Below, piece after piece: positions 49,970 to 64,000 of a DNA stretch of 64,000 bases; positions within the stretch are counted from its first letter, which is position 1, and each line of letters starts with the position of its first letter. Made by a program: the position numbers and the translations under genes. Source of the DNA: Bugula neritina (taxonomy: Eukaryota > Animalia > Bryozoa); assembly GCA_964035545.1 (NCBI GenBank), contig OZ037765.1:29263504-29327503 (forward strand). Direction: 5' to 3'. The notes beneath the pieces were generated by a model that ran no database searches, was not told the DNA's origin, and was given only the letters and a program-made list of their open reading frames with translations.

Positions 49970-51170
49970 CACCAGTATAAGTATAACTCATAGTATAAGC
50001 ATTACAACCTAGAATATAAAAATTAAAATTGTAATAATTAATATTGTTATTATTAGTATTGTTATTATGATTATTATCATTATGATTATTATCATTATGA
50101 TTATGATGATCATCTGACCATTATCACTTCAGTTCAAGTTCAATTTCATTATCAGGATGAGGATTAGCCTGACTTTTAGTTTTAGTTTGGCATTTAGTTT
50201 GCTAAGCCTAATGTATTAATTTCACTTCAACGTTTACTTTAGTTTCAGTCCTGTTTCAACGCAAACTCAAACTGAAACTGGGATAAAATCTGAATCTCAG
50301 AGTCAGTGTCACATTGACTGATTGAGATTGTGATTCAGATCGTACAGTTTCACTTTCATTTTGATTTTGAAATCAGAGATGAGGATAAGCCTGGTGAGTA
50401 TGACAGTCTCATTGTTTTAATAATGTCGTTCATGCTTGTTTTTGATTCCATACAATTACAACAAACTATACAATGATTATCATTGTGGTATCAATAATGC
50501 GTTTATGAAAATGAATGTATGACTTGTGAGTTTCGACAGAAGTAAATGTTTATTGCGATGCCGATCCTATTTTTTAAAAGTTATTATACGTCGTCGTTAA
50601 AATTAGCTTCGAACTCAGACGCGTAAATGCTTACAGTGTGAAAGATTTGCTAAACCACCCGCTTCAATTTACTTTCGTCACCATACTGCATCTCTATTGA
50701 GCAATTACTGTCACATGAGTTAATCACATGACTTGCAACAGACAGCTAGACGCACATTTTCAGTCAACACTAGAATGAAAACGTTTGTTTTTAGAGCCAA
50801 TTACTAATAACATATTTTAATGTTAAACATTGTTATTTAGGAACATTAATTTAATTATCATCATCAAGATAAATTTATATTTTTACAGTTTTGACAGTAA
50901 CACTGACAGTTACTGTTATTCACTTATCGTTGCTGTTACTGTTAGTGTTAGACTTAGTGTTAGTCAATCTGAATCTTCTAGAATGAGAATCTAATACTAC
51001 TACTACTAGTACTGCTACAGACTACTAGTACTAGTGCTAATAATACAAGACCTGTTAGTACAGTTTTAGTTGCAAAGCAGCTTTTGCTATGATTTAGTTG
51101 TTAGTAAGTTAGGGTTCACTAGTTATGCCTATGGGTGCTATAATAGTAACACTAATACTAATAAGATTAA
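49970..51170. promoter_or_regulatory. Putative Rab20 (possibly bidirectional) promoter core at about 50500-50780, flanked by 6-bp-periodic tracts (49970-50410 and 50880-51170), with paired M-box/CLEAR-like E-boxes at 50710-50732
   Basis: The Rab20 first coding exon has an upstream acceptor (about 49083) and there is a candidate donor gtaagc near 50634. The core is CpG-richer and contains GTCACATGAG and ATCACATGAC. Confidence 0.5.
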
Positions 51171-54100
51171 TTGTAATTCAAATTGAATAAAGTTAAATGC
51201 CTTACTTTTATTTTAATTTATGAAACAATTCAAGATTTATACTCTAAATAAAAGTTATCACTAGTATCTTTTTTCAAAATATTGTAATCAATTGTTATAC
51301 TACGTAGTATTTCATATTTATATTATCATTATAATATTTAATACTGACATAATTATTAATACAATTATATTTATATCATATAATATTAACATATGACTAT
51401 TTAATAGTTATTTGTCTTAATATGTAACATTAATTATTGATTCATCTGTACTAATTTAATTTAATGACATTTGATATGTAATAACAATAAAAATAGTTAT
51501 TTTACAAATTACTATATAAAATAGTATGATTTTCTTATTAATGTTAAATATAAACATAGACTTTGATTGCAAACATCTTAAACAACTGAATTAAAGAATG
51601 CTGTTATAAGATAAAAATGATACCTGTAATACCTACATAATCATGGAGTGCTAAATTGTTCAAAGTTTACTCATGATTTCATTCCATTTTATGCCCACGA
51701 TGACTTGATATCTAACCATTGTTTTTTTCATATAAAACATTCCATATGCATTCATTTTGCCCTCATACATATAGATTATTCATAATTACATAATTGCAGA
51801 TTGTGTAAAAGTTTGTCATTACTGAATATATGGCCATACCAGTATTAACTGCTAGTGCAGGATCTACGTAGATTTTTACTTAGATTGGTTGAATAGTTTT
51901 TAGTCTATTTTGTTTTGCTAAAAACTCTCACTCAAACTAGTAAGTAAAGTGAAATTTTCTGACCTAAGAAAAGCATACACAAAGACTACACTGCAGAAAA
52001 GACAAAGCAAAAGTGCATGAACAAGAGAATGTAGGGCATAAACTAGTATTATATACGGGAAAATGTCACCCTCTTACATGTGTGAGGATTTACCATAGTA
52101 GATCCAACATGCTTTCTATATTTTGCTTGATCAATTTTACAAACTTGTTCATTAATAAACATGCGCCTTCAATTTGTTTTTGAATGAAAACTTAATATGA
52201 TAATGCACTCAAATTTCACAAAATATTATATTATGCGGTAATGAGCTTTATTAAATAATAGCTGGATCATGTTTGGTACATACATTAATGTATGCACAAA
52301 ATTAATATACCATAATATGATGCCACCTAAATATTTGTGTTTGTGCACTGCATCTAAGTTATTAGTTTTGTTTAAAAAATAACATAGAAAAAAATAATTT
52401 GTACAGTATCCGCAGAAAAACTTTTCTATAGCTAGAATTTGTTTTTTTAAAGCTTTAGATAATATAAAATTAAAAGCAATCGATCAAAATTAATTAGCAA
52501 AGTATTAACTTATGTATTCAATTTGTTTTTATGGAGCACAGGATTTGTAAAATAAATATGAAGCATTTCATATAAGTTTTTTTCTAAAAAACACTGTCCT
52601 GATTCCTTCAACATATTAAAAAATAATTGTTTATCTTATGCCAATAAATTGTATATGATTAATTTTATGGTGCAACAAACTTGATAAAACATAATGCTTA
52701 TATATGCACACGTTGAAAAAGCATTTGCTGTCCTAACTTATGCATGATGCATTAAATCCCCATTTTTCAAAATGCTACTAATAAAAGATTCAATCCAAAC
52801 AAAAAATAGTTTGCACATGCAGGGTTCTGTGGTAACCAACAGAGTCTTTGATCATACTGGACCATTAAATTGTTGCAGCTAGGTAGAAGATAGCAAGTTA
52901 TGTTTTCATGCAATATTCACTCACATAAATTTTGGGTGTTTGAGTTTTGAAAAAATCTGATTGCTGCATAGTATAATATACTAAGTAAGCAGAGCATTGC
53001 CATTACAATACACAAATTTTAGAAGTTATCTTTTCTCAAAGCTCATAATTTGTGGGGAGACAACCTACTAGTTTATAGATACAACCTATAGCAATAGCGG
53101 ACAAAAAAAATTATTGATCTGTTATGATGTTTAGGTTCCTTTATTAAAGAAATGCATGTCTCGGTATTATCTTTCCAATACAACTTGGATTTGATTTAAT
53201 CTTTTTTTCCTGACAGTTTTTACTAGAATTGATTTAACTTATTCTGCCAACTCAGACTCATCATGTCACTGCATGTTAAATTTGGCCACATTTACTTTTC
53301 CCCCATTGCAGGGCTAACTAGTCATCAATATGCTTCTCAGAAAAGCTGATACGTGTTGTGTATTCATTAGCACTTTTGCTTTACTTCTTATGCGACACAT
53401 ATTAATTAGCTTATTCACGTTTATTTAAATGTCTTTGTTGTTTTTTCTGGTGTAGTTTTTGTGTATATTTTTTCTCTTTTATCTTCAGCTGTGAAGTTCC
53501 CCTGTTTAATTAAAAAAGGATTACTTTTTAGTAAATTGGTTATAAATCATAAAAAACTCTTAATTTGTCTTAAATATTTTGTAAACTTAATTTAATTTTA
53601 TTAAAAGGTTATTATACCTATGTATATATAAGGGTCAGTATTCATCATCTCTTTGATTTTGAGATTGATCATTATATTATGAAATAGAAATTCTTCTTCA
53701 TTTATTTATTAGTAGAAGGCAGTCATGAATTCCACACCAAAAAGTTAAATTTTTGCTGTGCCATAAAGGCATGTTGCCTGAATTTGATACTAATACTGCA
53801 ATTTGGTTGAGCCCTGACATTGGCACAGAGTGCATCAAGTTTATGCTAGGGTATAATTATTGTTAGCATATTCCTGTATTTATCAACTAAAGTCATCAAC
53901 TATGATGAAGCAATAAAAGCTTCATTTTGCAAGTAAAATATTTGCTACTGAAACTGTGTTCCAATACACAAGCATCAAATTACTTACGTATATATTATGT
54001 TTATGAACAATTCTGCTGGTACTAGATTAATATATGTTACATTTATCAGATGACTACATTGCTTCGAGGGTACAATCCTGGTAGGTATCTTTCTATGCGA

Positions 54101-54752
54101 GATATGTAATATCATTATGCATGATAAAAGCATAGATACTTTTGCATCTAACCATTTACGTATAGTATATACCATGTGTCATATAACACATTTTACTAAA
54201 TGTTACTGTAGTTCTGTATAGAACATAAAGTTGCATGCTTTAAAATTGTGTTTTCTACAAGTAACATATAGTTTTCTTTTCATACAGCTGTATAAAAATT
54301 TAATTTAAACTATTTTTTTGTAATAGCTACTAGGTGCGAAGAAAAGTACAGTACTTATAGTTTATGTGAATTGTCTTCTCTTTATTAATACTTTGGAACA
54401 CCTGCACTTGTTTGATGATGAACTTTATTGAAATGACTGCACTCAATCGTGTGGAAGTTAAGCTCTCACTGCCCCTATTCTTATTCACATTAACTAAATT
54501 ATCGCATACAATTACAGCAAATATAACATTAGTTTTCCAAATAAATAGGGATCAAGGATATTACTGTATTTTTAAGACGCCAAACAAAATAATTATGTCA
54601 AAAGGTATGTATAGGTGGAAACTCTCTTTCAAATAAAATAATCATGTCATTAAATAGTGATCACACTCAAAGAAATAAAAAATGTTGTTATATCTACAGT
54701 GAAGTTCTTGTATCTGAAACTTTATATTTTAATGAAAAGCCTTCATATCTAG

Positions 54753-54916
54753 AGGTAGGTGCAGTAACGGAGAAATTGAGAAAAGCCTGTGTTTTAAATT
54801 AAAAATGCAGCAAAAGAAGTTATGTTCTCGCAAGAATTTCAACCCATGCCCCAAACCAAAATTTAATAATGAAATTAATAAACTTAGGCTATCTCAATTT
54901 CTCCGCTACTGCTCCT
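54753..54916. mobile_element. ~160-bp inverted-repeat (MITE-like) element, copy 2 (best preserved, opposite orientation)
   Basis: GCAGTAACGGAGAAATTGAGA ... TCTCAATTTCTCCGCTACTGC, a 21-bp inverted repeat with one mismatch. Confidence 0.8.
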
Positions 54917-57777
54917 AAGTGCATATCTTATGTTGAATTTACCATCCTTTATGACTGCCTTGCAAAACTGGTATAGCTTTGAACAGTGTCTGGTTATGAA
55001 CAGGATTGGTTAATACTTACACATGAACCGACAAGTCACGTAACAAGGTATCTGTTCAAATAGCTTACCACCATAACGGAGCATTGAAAAGTAAATTTAG
55101 ATTTACAGTTGCTATCTATAGCCTAGTTCTAAGTTAACTTCATAGCAAATGAAGTGTAAAGCCTAAGCTATATAGATAGATGTTCATATTTCTGCACTCC
55201 ATAGTCACCAAGTTTACATTGTTTTCAGATAGCTGAGCTGAAGTAGCTTTTCATTTATGTGAATTACCATTAACCGTACTCTCTTCTCATCATGTTAATT
55301 GCAGTACCTCTCCAATAAGTCCCCAAAGAATCCCAATCAATGCTAATGAGTCATATACTAAGTATACAATGGAGTTAGTTTTGTGTGCTTTGATGGAGGT
55401 ATCAGAGTAGTAGCTAAAGTATTGCAAGTAGTATATTAGTGGCAGCAAACAGTTATAGGGCTACCTGCAGGTAAATGCTGTAAATATCGTGTTTCAAATG
55501 CAAAACGGTAGTGGGTTAAAAGCAATACCTTATTGGTGCATGGTGAAATGCTGGGTGATTGCTCTTTTGGGCTAGTTAGAATATATTATTTTATTGGTTT
55601 TCTTGGAATAAATTGTTTTGCGCTGAGATAGGCTTCAATTCTGGAAACTGTATTTCTAGTAGTTTTCATGGCTACATTACTGAAACCATTCAATTTAGAA
55701 CACAATATGCCTGCCCCCAGCACTTGCATACTTCTAATGAACCCTTTCTATATACAACCAGCATAATTTATCTAGCACTATTAGTTATGTGTGTATATAT
55801 TAATGTAGCTAATAATACTCCAGCATTGCTATTGATTTTCATCTGCATTTTATAATGAGCTAGGTTAGTGTCAAGTCTGGGAAGTAGCGTAGAGCATGTG
55901 TAGACTAGCTTTTAGTACAATGAAACAGAAATTCTAGATATTTGTAACTAACCCAAATCGTCACATATCATCACACAGGTAGGAAAGTATCAATTATAGA
56001 AACTTTCACAAATGTATAAGTAGTTTGAGGCAAGAATTCAAAGTAACTGCTTTTATCTTTAGTTGTTTAATTACAGCATCCTTTGATAAAATGGGTTAAT
56101 TTTTTTGCTTGAAAAACAGATTCAGGAAAATAAAATTAGTATAGTTAGAGGCAACTGCCCAATGTGTTGACATTGCCATCTCATATTAATGTAATTAATA
56201 GTGGCTAGGATATTGTGTAGCGGAGTTAAACAAAGCTACTCTGTTTGCTCTGTGTTACGATATACCCATTAATGTTAGCAGCTGGTGCATATAAGTTTCA
56301 CAGCTTTTCACTGTTCTATTGTGGAAGTTTACGTAAAGCTTACAGAATTCAATACTTTTTCAACAGTTTTATTTTGTTGTTATTTTAAGATACTTTTTTC
56401 AACTCCAACAAAGACTTAACTCATGACTTTCACAGCACTTGGACAAAACAGAACTTAACTTTGAATAGTCTGGTTACACTAACGGCAATCTGGGATAGGC
56501 TGCTATTGTAAGTAAGTGTTACTTGTAATAAAACAATGTTGTATAGCTGCTTGACTAACTAGATTACTATTTGGCTGAGTGCATTCTCTTCATTAACTTG
56601 ACTTACTTCATTAGCTGCAAGTATGTTTGATTTTCTAATGTGCTAACAAAAGTAGTGGTAAGTTTTAAAACTAAAAATTAAATCAATGAACAGCTTTCTG
56701 GATATTACGTTGGATTTCAAGTTTACTCATGCTTGTGTATGCCTGGGACAGGGTAAGTGCTGCTCCGTTTGCTTGGGTTCATAATTTTTGATTTGTAGTT
56801 TGGGTTTGAAGTAATTGCTTTATTTTATAGTTGGAGAACTTTTAATGCTACAAAGCATATTTCGAAGAACTAACACTATTAAAACTAGCAACTCAGCACT
56901 GCCAAGAAAAGTGCCCAACTAAAGATTTTTGAAGTAGCACTAGGTTTGGCAGATATTTGTAGCCTAAAATCTTACCTGGCTGTAAACCTAAATAGGAAAT
57001 TAAAAATTAGAAACTCAAGCTAAGCAAATATCTACATCTCTGTACCTCGAAGGTATATATGCTGTGAGTAATTTGTGCTCATCTTTTTAAAGACTCTGTG
57101 GTTTGCTTCTGATAACCCTAACAGGTGCTATGTTCAATCTCCATAGTTTGTTTCAACCTCTAGTTTTGCTAGTTCTTGTTGTGAGTTGTACACCATAAAA
57201 AAGTTTCCCAAAACATGCAGTTCAGAGAAAATCTCTCATTTAAGAAGTTTTTTTAATAATCTCAGTCTCTTTTAAACTGGAAATCCTATGGAAATTAAAA
57301 GAAATTTGTCTGTTACTGCAGGTGAATGTTTCTACCGCAGGTTTGGCAAATGCAACATGATTTCTAGCTGCCGGTAGTATTAGATGAATTGCTGAAGTTC
57401 AAGCCAATTACCACGGTTAAAAATCAGTTGTAATGAAGGCTGATTAATTCATTTTGCATAGCTAAGCATTTTACTTTCCGATGGATTAGCTATGGCTTTG
57501 CATATTTCTCTATTGTTAAGTGGGATTTTATACAGGCCTGTCTTTGTTCTCATTGTATTGACATTGCGGATTGTGACAACAATATCAGCTAATATCATTG
57601 TTGATATCATTGGGCAGAGAAGCAGCTTGGCTGAGTACTATTCACCATCTTTCAAACCGTTAACTGTTTGAACATTGATAATTTACTTTGTTTTGACTTA
57701 TAAAGTACTTCAGATCTTTAATTGTTAAGGCGATCTTTTCGCAATGTGAGTATTATCAAATGTTTGGCATCTTTCTT

Positions 57778-57778
57778 C

Positions 57779-57831
<53 letters not shown>
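57778..57831. repeat. poly-C followed by (CT)~21
   Basis: Directly visible. Confidence 0.95.
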
Positions 57832-57833
<2 letters not shown>

Positions 57834-59793
57834 ATGCACTGTGTCATTTCTGACTGTCACTGTAATGAAATTCATTTGTAAAGCCTGTTATTATAATTAT
57901 GTCAATTACTGAAATAATTGCTGATGGCCAGCATCAGCAGCTTTAAATTGTGTGAAGGGCTAGTGTATAGTATTTACTCTCTCAGCGTTGGTATGCTTTG
58001 AACCATTTAAAAACAGTACACTTGGGACCTTTTGAGCATTTTGTCACTTGGATGTATTCTATAATATAGAATGAACATGGACTGGTTTATTTATTGGTCT
58101 AACAATTTTATCAATTTTCTAACTGCTGCCAGCATCATAATTGTCCCTTGGAGGTTAGTTAGCTTAATTTATCTTTGTTGTGTGCAAATACCATGCTATG
58201 TTATTGTTAGGCTTGGGCCTAAGGCACCGAGTACAGTATTTGCTTGATCATAGAAGTCAACTTCACTTCCTCAAGTTCTATTAACGATATATATTAATGA
58301 TATATATTATTTTACTTATTACAACCTAATTCCGTACATGTACATAATGACACACTACAGTATAGTATGTAGTGGTTGAGGTACTGAAACATGTTATATT
58401 ATATTTCAATGGGTTGAGGCCACTAAGAGTCTGTAGTTTTGTTCATTATATATTATGAGTGACCTTTATAAGTGCAAGCTAAGTTATTACTTCTTGTGAT
58501 CAAAAGATATGCTTGGTTCTAATAGGTAGGAACAAACTACAAAGTTATAGAAATGAAAAATTGCAATCAATTAGTCCATTATCAATGCCAAGAAATAGGC
58601 ATGCAGTTGTAGAGGTTTGGCAGCTTTGAGCATATCTAATGAGGAACTGATCAACGCTGAATCACAAATAGACTATAAATTATTCCAACAATTTACTGTA
58701 ATCTACATATAATCTGTATAATCTATAGCTGAGGATAATATTATAGCTATTTTAAACCAGCTATTTTTATACATTTAAAAAGTAACTAACTTATATTTTG
58801 TCCTCAACTCCCAAAACACACGTGGCATCAATCTGTACTTTGTTCTGACTAATATAACTGCTTTTCCAATCAACATAATATTATATTTCATTATCTTGTG
58901 CAAGCCTAGCTTCTAACGGATATTAAATTAACACAGATGCAGTATATATAATAGCAGCATTATTTATCTTGGGCCAACACTTGCCTCATTCATAAAAAGT
59001 GACAGAGGGATAATTGTGTGGAAACCGTGATGCAACTTACTAGCATATGTTAGCATTTGGGATTCTAGATTCTAAATTTGTAACAGCCAGTAGCGAGTTG
59101 CATTCTGGTCTTTATTAGAGCTCCTGTAGCTAATTTATAGATTGTCTACAATATAAACTCTGGAAACGACCAGGGAAATTAATTTTTTTAGCTATTTATT
59201 TCCTCATTTCTGAAGATATTTTTCAGTATTTAAAAATTAATAATGAAAATTTGAATAATACTATAAAAAAACTTGAGCACCCCAGAAAAAAGTGTGAGTT
59301 AGTAATGACATCACAGCAATTACAGTCAAATGGCTCAGAAACCAGTCAGTGTATTTCACAAATCACTGTCACAAAGTGATTATACTTTCTATGCAACACT
59401 GAAATCAAAGGCTGACATGAATCAACTTTTGTAACTGCTTATTTACGAGTTCATGATTCAGAGGTACTTGTTATGGCAGTTTATGTTTACATTTAACATA
59501 CCCACTGGTTCACTAGTTTTAACCAATTAAAGATAAATAAAAGCTGTAATTGAGCTAATCATAACTCGTGTGCTAAATTTTTACTGGTAGAAGTTATTCT
59601 GGCATCGGTATTGGCATATGGACATTTGCATATATTCATTATTCCCTTTAATTGTTACTTATAAATCAATTTGCCTTAATTATAGCCTGAAGTATAGACA
59701 GTGACTTCTCAAAATAGAGCGAGAACTACATGTAGGAAGTGGCGTTCATCTACACTTACATTATCTCTCAGTCTATATAAGCTGCTCTTGGTT

Positions 59794-59913
59794 ATGGATT
59801 TGCAAAATTCCATGTGCACGTCAATGGAGGTAGAATACGACAGTGACGAGGAACAGGATGTTGGCGCTGAACTGAACACATGGCTTTCTCAGCTTGGCAC
59901 CGCTGCCACCAAG
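59794..59913 (+). CDS. First coding exon of a probable MRL-family adaptor (RAPH1/lamellipodin, APBB1IP/RIAM-like). The gene continues past the right edge
   Basis: MDLQNSMCTSMEVEYDSDEEQDVGAELNTWLSQLGTAATK|gtacag resembles the recalled RAPH1 N-terminus (EEDSDKEDQDLDKMFGAWLGELDKLT). There is an acceptor at 59684-59685 upstream and the composition is coding-like. Only 40 aa are visible. Confidence 0.55.
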
Positions 59914-61539
59914 GTACAGGAAAGTTTTATACTTGGTATATTACTTCTGTTAGTTGATGAATATATGAGAATTTTATTATAGCAAACATTTCAAAGCAAA
60001 CTAATCATTTGATATTCGATATCCCCGAGTGCTTTCTAAAAGATTGGGAGGAAGAGTGCATCTTAGCAGAAAAATAAAATTGTAATTACGAACTCAAATT
60101 CAAACAATCGATAAACTTTTACCACTTTATACTCCTAAGAACCCTGGAATGTGCCGTGGCCCTGAAGGCACATGTTAAACTCACAGCTCTATTGTAATAT
60201 TCTATACAGCACTATTTGTTGGGTATTAGCTTACATCACTGCAGCTACAAGTTATGCACAAAGTTATTAAATCCAATAATTTTATATTTAAAATCAATAA
60301 TTGAGAACTTGTTAAAGTGTGTGTTACTAGGTTAGAGTATGCTGTTGATACCCTGTGTGTGCTACTATATAGACTAGGACTAACTGCTTCAGTTTAGTAT
60401 TTCTGTGCACATCTTATAGGGCTTTCACCTTCTCCATAGTATATCTGTCTGTATATCTGTCTGGTATTTCATAGGTCAATAGGGTAGCTCTCTCAGCTGT
60501 TTATTATAGTTATAGTAAAATGCTCCTTTATCTAAATAAAAAATGATTCTAAGTACTAGCCTAGTCATGTTATGCAACCAGCGTACATTTGATGTTGTTG
60601 TAAACATTTATGATGCAATGATACTTAGGATAATTTTTAGTTTCGTAGCAAAAATTATATAAAAAAGTAACAGGGGAAGTAACTGCTAAAGTCTTTGACT
60701 AAAACCTGAAAAACAATTATATACCATACTGAGTCAAGTAGGTGACAGTCTAAAAAAGCCTTCAATCAGTCTCCCACGAAACTCAGTTATGGTAGACGCT
60801 TCGTTTAGATAGATGCACTAGCACTCACTCAGGGGTATTAGTTGATGTCGATGATTTTAAACATTTGTTTTAAAAACTAGGAATTAGAAGATGCATACAC
60901 TTGTTCCAGTGGCTTTGTGGCCGCCTATGAACCCCATAGCTTAAACTTCATTCTCAAACCTGTACTTAGCTGCTGTCTTAGTATACACTTCATGCTGCTC
61001 ATCAGAATTGGTATCGAGGATAAATGTAATTGTGAATCATGCATCTAGTAAAAAAATAAGACAAATTACTATATAATAGGTAATTGGTTAATAAATGCTA
61101 TTACTCAAAACAGGAAGATAAGCTATCAAGTTCTTCTTTAAGTATTTAGTTGATTTAGTTTGCTTCTTATTAATTTCTCAGTAAGATAAAAGCTGCTTCA
61201 CATTTACTGTGCTATGCAGCAGCTGGCACTAGTAGGTAGTAATCGGCAGCATTGTGTAATAAGCTGACTCATTTAGCTGCCTCATCATCTACCATTTCCT
61301 GTCTGCATGAAAATGGAAATCGGCCAAGTATCATATTATGTATGGCCTACCCCTCCCTATCAGTGGGTGGCTAAGAATTTCCACAGGCAGTCAAAGTTAC
61401 ACACAATTTTTAATCATTTTAAAACAGCCGAGCATGTAAAAGTAAAATTAAAATTGTCTTTTCTTGGTCTGTTGTGAAACTAATAATATTTGATGACAAC
61501 CAATGTACTTTCACTATTTTAGAACAGAGAAATCATTTG

Positions 61540-61701
61540 GGTGCCATAGTGGAAAAATTGCAATAGCCTAAATTCTTTGTTTTCTTAATAAATTTCAGTT
61601 TGGAGGATGGGTTGTAACTCTCATTTGAACATAACTTCGTTTGCTACATTTCTGATTTAGCACTCGAACATTTCTCAATTTCTCTAATACTGCACCTACC
61701 T
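61540..61701. mobile_element. ~160-bp inverted-repeat (MITE-like) element, copy 3 (decayed)
   Basis: TAGTGGAAAAATTGCAATAGCC...CATAACTTC..CTACATTTCTGAT...TCTCAATTTCTCTAATACTGCACCTACCT, collinear with copy 1. Confidence 0.7.
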
Positions 61702-64000
61702 CAGATTGCAGGCAGTATAATTTATTCAGCTCTGATGTTTCCTATAATGCATTTATTTAAAAGCTCATGGATCATTGAATCATGTTTACTGAGGAATAAA
61801 ATCAATAAGTTGACGGCAAATGGTACACAAAAATACCAATAATCCTGATCTTGGTGAGAAGATAAACAATGTTAATGATGATAATTTCACTCTTAAAGTT
61901 TCCTCCTTTTATCAGCCTCATGATCAATGATTTCATAACATATTGGCACTTTGCTTATTGCCCAGTTTGTATGAACATGTAGAGCACAATTAAGTCATTG
62001 TAGAATGTTCACCCAATCAAATATACAATTCCTATAGATTGTTAATTGTCCATCTTAATGAGAATTGACTTTTTAGACAAATGTCTATTGGGTACATTAG
62101 GCCAGCTGGTCTCTCTATACTCAAAGTCATTACATCTTTCCCTCACTGTAGAACATTACATATGATATAACCCAGATTCTTTGATTAGCTGTAAGCATAT
62201 TAAAGGCTATTTAAGTTAATAGGTTTGGATGTAAAGTAGATAATCATGGGTCCAGTTACTAGCATAACAAGCTTTGATATCTGTCTGAAGGGCTACAACA
62301 ATTGGCTGTTATTTGATAACTACCAGCTTTCATTAGTCACATGTTTAGCATACTTTCTATTTAGCTTCCAGACTTTAGATTTAGATTGCTTGGGATTTTT
62401 GGTCTAACGAAGCCCTGACCCTACTGTTTTTTTCAATGAGCTCATTTGATTTTGGTAAGGGTTGTTTGCTCTTGAAATATTTTGCATTCTCAGGGAGTTG
62501 CGTGCTCCTAACCTATATTTGGACTCTAAATACAAGTCTACTATACAAATCATTTAGCTAATGAATTTACGCTAGTTTTTGTTGAAATAGAAAACAACTT
62601 CTGTTTTAGTTAAGCTTATCTAAGAGTTGCTATAGCTATTAGGGCAATAGTTAATTTATATTGTATGAAATCAGACATTGTAAAATGTTTTACTAACAAT
62701 AAACTTTAAATAGCAACTGCTCAAATGTAGAAAGATTAATAACGTTCCTATAACTTCTAAAAATTCCTCAATGAATAAAACATAGCAGGGTGTGACAATA
62801 AACCTTTGGTCATATTTTTATAAAATAGTTGGACTAAATTTTTAATTTCTTCTGAGTCACTTAGTGAAAATGTTTCACAACCCATTATATCTGTTGCAAT
62901 GTGGCAATGATACAAATCAATAGGCGTTCTGTAATGTAATATTAGTAATTTACCCAGTTGCTTGCTGTATATACACGTAAGCGTTATCTGCTTTATATCT
63001 ACCCTGAGCTCATTCCTTGCGTGCCATTCTGTAATTGCATGGTATGGTGTCTATTGAGACAGTGCATAGATTTGTATCTATTGACTTAGGGTGATTCATC
63101 AGAAAACATAAAAATAATCATATTGATTTCTGATATGGAGCTGAGCTAACAATATTATAGGTTGTGTCAACAGACAAGGGTTGGTAACTCCACAATTAGG
63201 TTTAAAACTTAGTAATTAGTCAACATATAATCTATTTGTTTTAAAGTTGATTTTACTTAGAATCTCAGCATTATATTTATGAGTTGGTTGAGGTTTTGGT
63301 ATAATATGTTGATTAACATTGTTACAATTGTTATAATATCCCTGGTAGTAAGGGTGTGTTTTTGGCTGTTAGAGGAAGAAAGACTAAATACCTGGGCAGG
63401 TCAACTATATGTGGTCCATGGCCAATGAGTTCTATTAAAGTTTGCAATCATTTTATAAGACTTTATAGCTTGACCAACGAAGTAGTCTTTGTGCTATTAT
63501 GAATTCTGTTCAGATTGGTTTAGCTTACAATTGACCTTTTCCTAGAAATAGGGCTTAAAGGATTGCTCTATCTTGTCTAATAAATGGCCATTTAGGTCAA
63601 ACACACATAATATTGTGTTTTTCTAAGCATGCATTGACAAAAAGCATTTGACCAAAGGTAGAAAAAGTTAGTTGAAGTTGAGGGTGTAGATTGGTAACAG
63701 CCAAAACGCCGATTTTGAAATGAGCTGGGAAATGTGACGTAACAGCGCCAGCATTCCTGCTGGTCACGTGACTATACAAATGAATAACTATAGAAATATG
63801 ACTGTGAGATGTAATCTTTTAGCTTGTAATTTGTATATTTATAGAAGTGCAAATGTGAATTATCTCAACCTATAGTTTTTTGACATTTTAAATAACATGT
63901 ATGTGATAGCATTAGGCTATATTTTGCTTGTAAACATTAGAAAAAGCCTTGCAAAAACATGCATTCTTTAGGATGAATGCCTGCGATCGATCTAAACTAG

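Noticed and set aside
51200-59600. Protein-coding genes in the long region after Rab20
   Set aside because: Only short ORFs without coding-like composition or recognisable similarity. It is likely intergenic or a 5' UTR intron.

Overview
AT-rich, intron-rich eukaryotic DNA from an invertebrate animal. The protein sequences look lophotrochozoan-like, but the taxon cannot be fixed from the window. GT-AG gene models were rebuilt by hand with consistent intron phases. In order: (1) the 5' part of a secreted DUF885-family gene (-, runs off the left edge); (2) a complete 5-exon FAM166C/CIMIP2C ciliary microtubule inner protein gene (-) with an RFX X-box promoter; (3) a 20-exon FAM135 gene (-), head-to-head with (4) a 16-exon TBC1D23 gene (+); (5) an intact 4-exon gene directly downstream, encoding only a diverged copy of the TBC1D23 C-terminal PH-like domain; (6) a Rab20-like GTPase (-); (7) the first coding exon of a probable MRL-family (RAPH1/APBB1IP-like) gene (+, runs off the right edge). 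Repeats include tRNA-derived SINE heads, three copies of a ~160-bp inverted-repeat element, a possible solo LTR and many micro/minisatellites. Three observations stand out: the stand-alone or alternatively spliced TBC1D23-PH paralog, 6-bp-periodic degenerate tracts bracketing the TATA-less promoters, and tandem repeats that copy splice sites. All family calls rest on recalled sequence similarity, not on database searches.
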